Origin: Camelus dromedarius
Taxonomy: Eukaryota
Assembly (NCBI RefSeq): GCF_036321535.1
Contig: NC_087438.1
Coordinates: 2,730,001-2,794,000, forward strand
Length of the DNA: 64,000 nucleotides
Direction: 5' to 3'
Of this stretch, positions 25,220-36,868 are shown piece by piece. How positions within the stretch are numbered: the stretch's first letter is position 1; each line of letters starts with the position of its first letter. The notes under the pieces are model-generated. The model worked only from the letters and a program-made list of their open reading frames with translations, was not told the DNA's origin and searched no databases. The position numbers and the translations under genes are program-made.

Positions 25220-25595
25220 GTATAGATTCCTTTGTATCTGACTTCCCCTACTCAGTCTTATGTTTTGAGATTCATTCTTGATGTTGTGCATCACTAAACT
25301 GTTTCATTTTTTTTCCAAAACCAAAATTCCTTTTATTGAGATAAGATTGACATATATTAGCTTCAGGTATATAACACAATGAATCGGTATTTGTATATAT
25401 TGCAAAATGAGCGCCAGTCTCTTTAACATCTGTCACCATACACATATACTGGCTCATTGTAACTAGCATATGGAATTGTATGAATGAATGGATTTGTCTA
25501 TTTATTTGTTCCACTGTTTGTGAACACTGCAGTTTGGGACATTACAAATGATGCTGTTGAGGTCTTGAAGTGCACATATATACACATTTCTGCAG
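25220..25595 (-). mobile_element. Old L1 3' fragments, including an L1MA-type end at ~25330-25445
   Basis: tttgagattcattcttgatgttg; ttttattgagataagattgacata; acattacaaatgatgctg. Confidence 0.55.
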
Positions 25596-25600
25596 GGGAT

Positions 25601-26123
25601 CGTATTAGTGAGCTATTACTGTGTAGCAAAATACCCCAAATGTCTGCAACTCACAGTAAGAAGCCTGGTTTTCCCACAGTCTCGATGTGTCAGGAGCCTA
25701 GGATAGACTTCACTGGAAGACTCCAGTTCAAGGTCCCTCAGGAGAACACGGCAAAGCTCTTGAGTAGCCACCTGAGGCCATAGACCCATGAGAAGGTCTC
25801 CCTGGGAGGATCCCCTTTCAAGCTCAATCATGGCTGTTCACAGGCCTCAGGCCCTTGGCTGGAGACTTACACAGAGAGAGACACAGAGGGACAGACAGAG
25901 GTGAAAAGTGAGAGAGACAGAGACAGACAGATACAGAAACACCCAAGATGGAACTCATAGTCTTTTTAACTTTGGAAACAACACCCCATCACTTCTGGTG
26001 TAGTCTGTTTATTAGAAGTGAGTTCCTAAGTCCGCTCCACACTCAAGGGGGTGGAAATCAATGTCCACCTCTTAAAAAGAGGTGTGTCAAAAAAAAACTT
26101 GTTAAGGTGTTTTAAAACCACCA
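25601..26123 (-). mobile_element. MaLR LTR (MLT1F/G-like)
   Basis: gtattagtgagctattactgtgtagcaaaataccccaaa ... ttagaagtgagttcctaagtccgctccacactcaagggg ... ttttaaaaccacca, with an internal (GA/GACA)n tract. Confidence 0.8.
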
Positions 26124-29100
26124 GAGCTACATCACTTGGGGTGAAATTACCAGTTTCCAGCATCTTCAGAGGTCTGTTTCCTTTAGTAGGAGAGACACAA
26201 GGGCTTTCCAAGGTGGCTGCTGTAACCCATGCCTTCACCAGCTCTGCGGGAGGTTGGGCAGCACTCCCTGGCCCTTATTTGCTAATACCAGTCCTTTTTA
26301 ATTTCAGCTCTTCTGCAAAACAATGGAAGGTTAAAAAAAAAAAAGGCAATGAGAAAGAAAAGACAGGTAACCCATACTTCTACTAAATATCAAGCTAGAA
26401 GCTTTCTGATACATGTATGTCTTTACTCCAGGAGGTGTCTCTTGATGAGCTCAGGGTAATTCTGTGGCTTTTCAGCCAGCAAAAGAGCTTGGGCCCTGGA
26501 CCAGAGCTTTCTCATGGGTTTTCTCAGCCTCTGGTCCTACACTATCCTGCAAGGCTGCTTGGAACCTCTGTGGAGCCAATGGAAGCTGATGACTGGTCTT
26601 GGAGCCATGAGGCTGGGCTCGTGTTGCCCCATCTTGGCCACAGTTCATGTGGGGAGGACCCTCCTCCATAACCACGTCTCTCATCAGAATCTGATACCCA
26701 CGTCCTCACCTCTCTGGGTTTTGAGTGAAACGACTCTGATGAAAAAGTCTTACTAAAGCCTGGGGCTAGGTGCCCACCTGTCCCGTGGAATTAGGGAACT
26801 GCCTGACCTGTGCTTGCCGGACGGCCTGGAAGGAGCTGGGGCTGCTCGCCCCCTCCATCCACTTCAATGCCAAGTGCAGCAGCCTTGCCCTGAGACCCTC
26901 TGGGCACAGACAGAGTCGAGGGAGCCCCAAAGAAGGAAGACTCAAAGAGCATGAGCTGCCCTGGTCCTGTGAGGCGGGGAGAAAGCACTCTGGGGACCAA
27001 GGGGCTGGAGGTGTGTAGGCAGTGATGTATTAAGGGAAAGGGTCTGCCTTATCATATTTTTGTAATCCCAGCAGAATAAGCTGGACAAAGCTAGAACAAA
27101 AGCAAACACTTTCGGCATTAAATATAAATACCATATTTATACTCAACTGCACAGAACGTTCCTTGGCTTCAGTATTTACTGGACAATTGTGTGCACAAGG
27201 AGCTGCTCAAAGGAGGATGGTCCTGTGGACCCAAGAAAGTGAGGCAGTGAGTTAAACTCCAGTGGCTGTCATGGATGCCAACTAGTGTGGATTTGAAACA
27301 TGACCTAAACATGGTACAGACCAAAGTGTACCCAGACCTGTGGACTGTTCCTGAACGGCCAGCATCCCCTCCTCAGAGCCCACGCACCTGGTGGCAAGTA
27401 CGCAGCACAGGCACGAGCGACGAGAGCAGCACAACTGCCCCTTCACAGCCACTTCTCGTCGGCAGCAGGTTTCTTCAAGACTGTCCAAGATTTCAAAGAA
27501 GAATCCATTCCCCTCAGTTAAATTAAAGCAGATGCAACTGCTGGAAAATTTGGCACAATTATCTTTAGAGTGTCATGACCGGTTCACCCGTCCCCAGTGC
27601 TGAAATCTTACCGTCTTGTTTATTTGCATTTGTTCTGCTTTGCTGTTTGATGCATTGCTATTTGTTGTGTTGCAACCCCAAATAAATGATATATTTGAAA
27701 ATCTGACAAAGTGATGTGGGTCCAGAGAGTCCAGAAAGGACTCAGGGACTCAGGGACTTAGAGGAGAGGGTTGTGAGCACCATGACTACCTGGAATTCCT
27801 GTGTGAATACACGTAGCTTGTGTGCTGAGTTCGACATGAGATGAGCTTTTGCCGTTTCTTTTGCCCGGGGATCTTCAACAATATCTTGTGTCTCTCATGC
27901 GTTTATCACTGTTGAGGGGGAAAGGGCAGATTCCTTCTAATTAAGAGGATAGACAGATATGGATTGATTTGGGTCAGCCTAAAACAATAGTTTACAGTCC
28001 TCCTGAAGCCCATATTAATGTCAACTTAGTAGAAAGGGGCTTTTTCCTCCTAACGGGGAGTGATGAGCAAGGATGCTGGTGCCGTTGGCTGCTGCCTCTC
28101 CCCTGAGCCAGGCCTGGGGCCTGGGACCTGAGACCCTCCCTCCCTCCCTCCCCCTTTCCTTCCCGGGCTCTGGCCTGGCCCATGTGTTCAGCTGTCTGTC
28201 TTATTCTGACACAAGATCTTCCCCCAGATTTATTAACCTCTTTCCTTCATCTCTTTCAGAGAATCCCAGCAGTTTTAATGGTGGATCATTTTTCATGAAA
28301 GCAGAGAGCTTTTTTTTGAATGAGCTTCTAGTTTATGAGTCTGTCTGGAAGGGTTTGCGAGGGGGCTCATTTATGCTGCTGGAAAACCTACCATAAATTT
28401 TCATGAGAGAAGACTTTCGGTTTCAAAACAGAAGTTGCGTCTTGTTGGCAGTGAGCCACCGGCCACATCTCCCCGGTTCCGCCGCGGCTTCAGGGAAGTC
28501 CCTCTGGGAGCCTCCAAAAGTTGTGCTTTTCTGTTTCATTTCGGAAGGAATCCGCTTCTGTTGTGACCTTCCCATCAGGATAATAGCCCGCAGGGTGAGC
28601 AGCGACCCAGAGAGGACCCACAGGAAGCACATCTATGAGGGTGAATTCACTTTGGGAGAATTCCCATGAACAGAGGGGCAGAGGAGGGCCATCGGGGCTG
28701 AGAAAGAGAAACTGACTCAGAGTGAGGGCTTCTGAGTCCCCGCCCTCCCGTCTGTCCCTGGATCTCAGCAGCCAGTTTGGGGAAGCCTTGGATTGATCAG
28801 GGACCTGGGAGATGCTGCTCACAGTCGGGTCGGCTAGAGACGCAGTGGGGCCGACACTGTTGGTGTGTTCACTCGGCCCGTGGGTCATCACGATGGCACG
28901 TAAACAGGGATCTCTCCACACAGCACCTTCTCCCAAGGAGTTTAGTGTGTTTGCAAAACAGGAACAGATAAAGAATAGTAACACGACTCTGAAACAACAC
29001 CTCCCAGGAGAAGACGTCAGTGAATCAATCAAGAGAAAAAGTCTGTGGGAAGCAAGAGACCAGCTCGAGGCACAGAGAAATGAGAAGCCAGATCCACTGG

Positions 29101-32100
29101 CGGCTGGGGCCGAGGGCTCTGCCCGGGGCCCACCGAGCACGAGAAGCCACCTCCCACCCTTGCTGCCTCTGGCCCAGCCTGGATGCGTGAAAACTCTTGG
29201 TGGAGCCAGAATTATTAACCCCATTTTACAGGAGAGCTGGGGAGCAGAGACTTCTGCAGACCTCAAATACCTCAGCTTAGTGTGAAAAAATACTAACTTT
29301 TCACCCCATGGGTCCGTCCCACTGGCCCCCACATCCTCTTTCAGGCCCAAGGCGGGAAGAGTCAGGACTGGGGGTTGACCTTGGTGGTCAGGGGGCCCAG
29401 AAACTGCTCATCTAGGAGACCCTGTGCAAGCCAGCATCCCCTGGGGGCATTTGTGGGGACACCAGAGCATGTGATCTCGCTGACCCGGTGTGAGCCACCT
29501 TGGGGGTGAGTCCCCCAGCCCATCAGGCCCACCCTGTTCTCAGCGGCATGAGGACTGAGCCTACAGCTGACACCACTGGCTCCGACAGCAAGCCTCCCTT
29601 CCCGACATTTTTATAGGTCTTGGGGCTCGCATCCCGCCAGCGACAGCGCCCCTCCCTTCATCAAACCAGAGAGCGGAGGCAGCCGCCAGCACCCTCTGCC
29701 CCTGGACAGCTTCCCGCCATGCTGACCCGGAGCACTTTAAATCCTGCACTCACACCGCACATACGCACGCTCCGAACATACATTTGTTTCTGAGTGTGAA
29801 AATGAATTCGTTGCTATAACTATTTTTTTTAAATTTGACAAATCAAAAGCCTATTTATACCCATTTTAAAAACTAACAGTGATGGTATATATTAAAGCCT
29901 TGTTTTGGTCGCTCCAACTATGTTTTGCCCTTCAGAAGGCTGAATACAGTGTGATGGCTACTTAGTGAGACATCCTGAGAGGTGAGGCTAGACTCACCCC
30001 GGAGGCAAAACTTCTGTTTGAACAGAGAGTTCATCTCACGCTGGTGAGGAAGGTCGTGCATCACACATTGGAATAAGCTCCACCCCAGGACAAGCACCCC
30101 ACCGAAGGCTGAGGACCTGCTGGGGGAGGCGCGCGGTCTCCCCTGCTCCTTTCCAGGCCTGTCCTTCAACGTGTCTGCGACTTTAAGAGGCCCTCAAGCA
30201 GGTGCTGACCGGGGAGGGAACCCGGTGGAGATTTTGCACAAGCACCAAAAACAGCCCCACAGAGCCCGTTTTAGATGGAAAAATCTGTAATTTTCCATTT
30301 ACCTCAAATAACATATGTGGGACTAGTCCCCCCCCAGAGAAGTTTAATTCACCTCTTGGAGGGATGTTTAAAAGCGGAGACATTGAGTATCAGGTTTGTG
30401 TGTTTATTTATTTATTTTAAGCCATTCTTGTTGCTCTCGTCTGAGGCACGTCAGTCTAGGGCCCACGTGTGAAGCTCATAGTCAAGGCAAAGAGGTTCTT
30501 GTCCCCTGACGATTGTCACCAGGGCTGAATGAAGCCAAGACGCGGCTTTTGCAAAGTCACTTTTTCTGGGCTCAGTGACTACACAGCCAAAAGCTGTTTT
30601 GTGTTTTCAAAGACTTAGAGCCTTGACTTCCAACTAAAATTTATATGGTTTGCTAATTGCCTACACGTAAGGGAGGGTGAGCGTGCGATTTCCTTTCACT
30701 GTAATTTGAAATCCCACAGTTAATGGTTTCTCGTCATCCACTAGGGAAGCGGGGGTTGGCAGGCTCCCAGCACAGGGGACCCGGCCCTGTGGGGGCACTA
30801 ACACTGGCACAATGCTCCGTGTTGTACTCAAAACAAATTCTGCTGGCTCCAGCATTTTGATTTAATGAAAGACTAATAATTCCAGAAATTCAAATTTAAG
30901 CGCTGTTCTTTTATTTTTAACCACCAGCAGTAACAATAACTGCTGGTTCTCCTTAAAAAAATGTAGAATTCAACTAAATTAAGTTCACAGACTTTTTCTT
31001 GGACTTGCTTTAATTTGGCTTTAATGTTATAAGTCCAAGCCTTGAAACATTTATATCTCTGGTTTCAGTTCAACTAATAAAGTATTACTATATTAATAAT
31101 TGCTACCCACTTTATTAAGAACTATAGACGTCAAATCCTTTATATTCAGGACAAGAAAGCCCTTGGGCTCTAAATACTTTTGGCAAATAAGTCCTTAAGA
31201 TATAATTGATTATAACATAGGGTCTGATTTAAAACACAAATTAAAATTAAGGGCGGCTACTTCTATTTGCAAATCATTACAGGGCTAACTTAGAAGATAA
31301 TTCTTGTGATGACATTTAAATAGAGACTCGCAGGAATTCAAGGGCTTGTGTTTGAAGCGAGCTTCGAAATTCTTTGTGCATTTGGCCGGCAACTTCAATA
31401 TCACTGAGCCGTGATTAATATAAACCTGCAATATCCAAGGTAGCAAATATATAGAGGCACGGAGGAAATTGCACACTCCATTAAAGCAATTCATGAGCTG
31501 CCTTGCGAGAAAGAATAACTCAGGGGAGAAGGTCCTAATTTCAGATGATGCTTCGAGGGTCCTGGATGAGCAGCTGCCTTCTCATCCAACAGCATTCACA
31601 CTGATATCAGCCCTGCATGTGGACTGGACCCAGGGTCGGGGGAGGCGCTGCCATCCGGAGGGGAGGCACCTGCTTCACTTCCAAGTGCCCACCGGGAGCA
31701 CACGTGAGCGCGGCCTTCCTGGATGGGACCGAGATGGCTCAAGGCTAGGTGCTCGGTGATAGAAGGCGATTAAGATGCGATTCCCGTCCTTGAAGACGTT
31801 ACCAAGAAGGAAAGTTGGACACACGCGTAAACAGCGATTTCCCAAGACAGACTACGGCCACTGACGAAAGTAATAAGGGGATGAAGGCTGTGGGTGGGAG
31901 TCCCTGCTGAGGGACCAGGCACATGATAAATGCAAATACCGACCGTGCACCTACGGGGGTTATGATACTTAAATCTCACGTTTCCCAGTCTATTATTACA
32001 TTCAGATAGGTGACCAGAAACTTTTTTTAAATCTCATTTTCTCTTTTACTCTTTTCCCCTCTGAAGATGTATTTAACAAGATTACAGAATTGGAAAAGGA

Positions 32101-32908
32101 TCTTGAGATGCTGCAGTCCATTCTCTCAAAAAATGCCAGAAGTGGTAACTCATGCTAAGAGACGCTGAGTAAGGTGTACACGGACTTTCAGCCCAATAAA
32201 TGCAAAAGGAAAAAAAACAAAAAGGACTGGCTCACACCCCGGCATGAAAGCTTACTCAGGGCGGAGTCAGAAGCAACAGTGGTGCCGATCTGAACGCTTC
32301 TTCCCCCCTCTGCCCATTGATTTCTCCGTTTCTCAACGTGTGTAGTAACCTCATCATTTTCCACCACAAACTGGCTTGTTGAGTGTAGCCAGAAAGGAAT
32401 CCCCACCTGCTCCTCCACTGTCCTGGGAAGGGAGCCTCTGGAACAGGGTCCTCCCTCTGTCGGTCCCAGCGGCGGCCTCAGTGGACCCTGCGTGGTTCTG
32501 TGCTCTCTCCTGGCTCCAGCGTTCTTGCCTGCCTGATGGGGAATTGCTGCGTCCTCAGCTGGGTCAAGTCTCCCATCCTTCCACAAGCATCAAGGGGGCA
32601 GATCATCAAGGGTTGAAAGACTCGTTCATGGACGGGACAGAGGGAAAGGCAGGTTCCCCCAGACAGAACACCCGGCGTCCCTCCTTAGGGCACTCTGTTG
32701 GAGGAACCAGGTGGTGGTGACAGCTCTCTGTGTGAACTCATTGCTCCTTCTTGCGGACACCTTCCAGACATGACAGACTCGAGGCAGGCGAGTCAATGAT
32801 CCCCCGATGGAGGCCAAAGGAGCCAGAGCCCTAGAGCGAAGCAGAGCACGGGGCAGAGCTGGGCCGCTTCCTGTGTCCCGGGTCGCACTCTCGCGCCTGC
32901 TGTCGGCG

Positions 32909-33353
32909 TTTGTTTTTTTTAATATTTGTTGGTTTATGTATTTAACTGAAGTACAGTCGATTTACAATGTCATGTTCATGTCTAGTGTACAGCAGTGATT
33001 CAGTTATACATATGTATACGTTCCCTTTCATAGTCTTTCTCACTAGAGGTTACTGTAAGATGTTGAACACAGTTCCCTAAGCTGTACAGTAGGACCTTGT
33101 TGTCTGTCTATTTTATTTATAGTGGCATGTATCCGCAAATCCTGAACTCTTAACTTATCCCTCCTGACCCCCTTCCCCAACGACCACATAACCATAAGTT
33201 TGTGTTCTATGTCTACTATTCCATCTCCGTTTTGTAAACAAGTTCACTTGTGTCCTTTTTTTTTTTTTTTCCAGATTCCACATGTAAGTGATATCATATT
33301 GTATTTTCTTTCTCTTTCTGGCTTACTTCACTTCGTATGATGATCTCCAGGTC
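32909..33353 (-). mobile_element. Artiodactyl-type L1 3' end (5'-truncated)
   Basis: tgaagtacagtcgatttacaatgt...gtgtacagcagtgattcagttatacata...agattccacatgtaagtgatatcata. Confidence 0.88.
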
Positions 33354-36300
33354 ATCACCACCAATACCAGGTTCTTAATGAAGTACCATCTGATCACATG
33401 AACGCTGAGTGACGGCTACGCTGGGTCCGGGCCCCACGCTGTGTCTGCCCTTCCTCCGACACCTGGTCTCAAGAACCTCCATCTCCAAACCCTTCCCTTC
33501 GCTTTGCCGTCTTACCCAGGGCAGATGTAACAGAAGTTGTAAATAAACTCCCCTGCCAACAAAATTAGAGGGTTTAAGAGCCTAGACACTTACAAAATTT
33601 GAGCAGAAAATGCATTTCAACATCCTTCCTGGCATGAGGCTGTATAGATCCATACAGGTAGACAGGGTCTGTGAGTTTAGGTCAGAATCTAACGGCACAT
33701 GTAGAAAATTTTAAGAATATACTGTACGTATTTCTTACAGTCATCCATGTCTATTTGTCTTTCTTGGATCTATTTCATTTATCCAAAGATTTTCTCTCCC
33801 CCTTTGCATTTTAAAGATAGAAGCCTTTAGAAAAATGAGTTTCTGAGAAAACGATGAGCTGTTCCTTACATCCCGTCCCCGGCCCCCACCTCTTTCTTAC
33901 ACACACAGACACACAGACACAGCTTTGAACAAGACATGATGCATCCAAAAGAGCTGCATGAGGCAGTGCCTGACTGCCTTGCTGTATGTGATGCAACCAC
34001 AGAGATGCAGGCAGATAACCCTCACTAAGCGATACTCCGTAGTAATGTATGTTTAAAGCACGGAGCATCATGTTCTACTTGTAGAAACTTTAAGCCGGCG
34101 GGACGTTCTTGTGCCTCGGCGCTCTCTCTGTACGTGAAGTTGGTAACGCAAGGTGCCTGTTTTCCTGGACGGTTCGGGCTGCCTCGCAGCGTGCAAGGGC
34201 CTGAGGAGGAAGGGAGAGAGGGGCCCGGGGTGGGCAGGGAGGAGAAGCAGGAGGGGCGGCATTCCTGTGCCAGACAGAGAAGTGCTGGGTCTCCTCACCT
34301 CTCCTCACAGAGCTGGGGTGAGCGGACTGGCCTGTATTTAACTGCACTTAGATTTGAAGACAGTTGTTGATGGAATGGAAAGCATCTTCCCAAAGTCATG
34401 GTCCGTTAAGGAGCAGCCCCAGGCCTTCAGGGCTCTGGCACAGTGTGGTCAGAAGCGGTCTGGGGAGCCTTCCCTTGTGGGGAGCGGCCCCTGTCTTGGT
34501 TCCAGGTCCAGCTCAGGCAAGAGTAGGTCACGGTTTAGAGGGAGCCACTGTTTCCAGCCCTGCTCCAGGGTGTTGCTCATTTCTCCCCTTTGTGCTAGTG
34601 GATCGGCGTGTGTCACGCCGGAGCTCTTCCAAGGCACCAAGGCAGTGCACCCCCTCGCCTGCACCAGACTCTGCCATGTGTTGATGGTACCCTGGACCTG
34701 CAAATGGAGAAACTCTACAGGGGGTGTACCTGTGAAAAACACACGGCTAAGAAGACTTTCTAGCTCAACATCCAAACCCTAAACCCCTAGCTTCACGGCT
34801 TCATCACCTGGAGAGGACTCCTCCAGCACTCGACTGTGCTGTGAGTCCCGAAGTGGAGATACTTGACCCAAAAGTCGTTGCATCTGCCGTGCCTGGCTCA
34901 AGGCACCGTGCCCTATAAGGTGAGGGAGGGAGGGAGGCAGGGAGGGATGGATGAATAAGTGAAGGAGAAATACCCCAGAGACCTGGTCGAGGATGAACTC
35001 AACTCAGCTTCTCGGTTTCCCGGCTTCATCTCCCCTCGATGCCCCTCCAGGCTTCACAGCGGAAGAAGTGAGTCAGCGCAGGGCCCTGCACCGTCACGGC
35101 CTGGGGTGCTTGCTGCCCAGGCCTGCGCCAGCTCCAGCCTGCTGTGACCTGTGGAGGGGCTGGAGCTCTGGACGGCAGCCATCCTGGGAGCCAGGTGAAG
35201 GACAGCCACCTACATCCCGCACCACCGCTGGGGGAAACCTTAGAGATCCTGGCATCCCGTGGGCTGACTTCCTTGAGCCCAGTCTCAGCACTCACTCTAC
35301 CTTCCAGGTGGCGCGTGACTCACGGCCATTCCTGGTCTGATGTGCTCAGGATGGAAAGCATTCAGCAGCGTGTGTGGTGCCTGGCGGCGCAGGGAGTGTC
35401 CAACAAACGTCAGATGCCATTTCTCGCCATGAATCAGAGTGTGGTTACAGGTACCTGCCGCGTGGTCTATCTCCAGACGCTGCGTTAAAGGAGAACCCAT
35501 AGAGACGATGCGAACCTGGGGTGCATTTTAAGTATCTAAGACATGAAGACGACGTCCGCACTGAAATCAAACTCCTGGGACGCATCGTACTTCCATGTAA
35601 CGGCCAAATAAACAACTTTAAGTACATTAAACATTATGAAAATTCTAAACATCCCCCAACACACACACACACATCAGATGGATGAATCTTACCAAAATTA
35701 CTATCCCTAAAAACTGAGCCTCAGTGGAACCCACTGTGGTCAAACAGCAAATGGTTGGCACCAAGGACATCGTCAAAGAGCTGGGCTAGTGTCCTGCCAT
35801 CATACTGCCCAGCAGTTGTTAGTGCCAGAGAAAAGCCACCGGTGGGAGGAAGCCCGCACAGGGAAGTTAGGGTCTGCGACAGCTGCTCTCAGAGGTGGAC
35901 AAGCCACAGACCAGGACAGCTACAAACTCTGTCCCCCAGGAGATGTGTTTCCCAAGAGCCAGCAGTGCCCTGGGAAAGGACGCTGAGGCCGCCATGGGCA
36001 TCAGAAATGTCCCCAGACTGTCAGTCCTCCAAGCTGGGGACCTGGAGCCTTGACTGGACCAAACGGTGCCAAGGGAGAAGGGACCACACACCCAGCCCCA
36101 TGTGCCAGACAGCAGCTCCCTGGGCGTTTTCAAGGTGCAATGCCAGCATCTCTTCCAGGTGCGGCGGCCGGGAGCAAGCACTGGGGGCGGGGGCGGCTGG
36201 GGAGGGCGCCCAGAGCAGGAGGACAGGACAGAGCAAAGCAGCCGCACCTCCTGGCTGGCAGTTCAGGGTACAGCGTGAGGGGTGTGGAGTCAGGGAGGCA

Positions 36301-36512
36301 GAGGCGGCTCGGGCTCTGAGCTTTCCTTCGGCCTGTCCCCGGGGCCTGGCCCCGACCCCCTGTGCGGCAGCTGGGGCTTTGCTAGGGGCAAAGGCATTCC
36401 CACCCTCGGAGTCCCGCTTGCCCACCTGAAGGTCGGCTTCATGGCGCCGCCGGCCTCATCACCATCTCCCCTCCTTCCGGCTTCTCGCTGCCGCTCCTGC
36501 CTTGTCCCTCCG

Positions 36513-36534
36513 CCCCCCCCCCCCCCCCCCCCCC
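36513..36534. repeat. C22 homopolymer
   Basis: Read directly from the sequence. Confidence 0.95.
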
Positions 36535-36765
36535 GTCCTTCCAGAGCCAGCAGGCAGGCGAGGTGGGCGGGCGTTCTCCTCTGTGGGGACGACCCGCTCC
36601 TCACATGGAGAAAGTGCAGGGCTGCCGGGACGGGACCAGGGAGGGGTCCCTCCCATCCACCCACCATCACGTCCCAGGAATAATAAACTCATAGGACTCT
36701 GTGTCTCCAACAAATGCAAATTGAAAGTTATCTCCTTGGTAACAGTTCAGTCGCAGGAGCACAAG

Positions 36766-36868
36766 GAGGGAGGGTCACTCAGTGGTAGAGCACATGCTTA
36801 GCAGGCACGAGGTCCTGGGTTCAATCCCCAGCACCTCCATTAAAAATTAAAGAAAATAAAAATAAAAA
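36766..36868 (+). mobile_element. tRNA-derived SINE, camelid Vic-1 type
   Basis: ctcagtggtagagcacatgcttagcaggcacgaggtcctgggttcaatccccagcacctcc has Pol III A/B boxes and a tRNA-Ala-like head, followed by an A-rich tail. Confidence 0.88.

Noticed and set aside
26420..26760. Possible old ERVL/LTR16-like LTR
   Set aside because: General resemblance only; I could not fix termini or diagnostic motifs.
28490..29350. Longest ORF in the track (286 aa, minus strand) and the overlapping 157-aa plus-strand ORF
   Set aside because: Non-ATG start; contains the MIR-derived translation PQLSCKMGLIILAP (attattaaccccattttacag at ~29211); no domain recognised and no exon structure.
35755..36683. 224-aa and neighbouring Pro/Gly/Arg-rich ORFs
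   Set aside because: Open on both strands because of high GC; the poly-Pro and poly-Gly come from the C22 run.
36766..36840. tRNA-Ala-like sequence as a functional tRNA gene
   Set aside because: Degenerate 5' end and acceptor stem plus an A-rich tail indicate a SINE.
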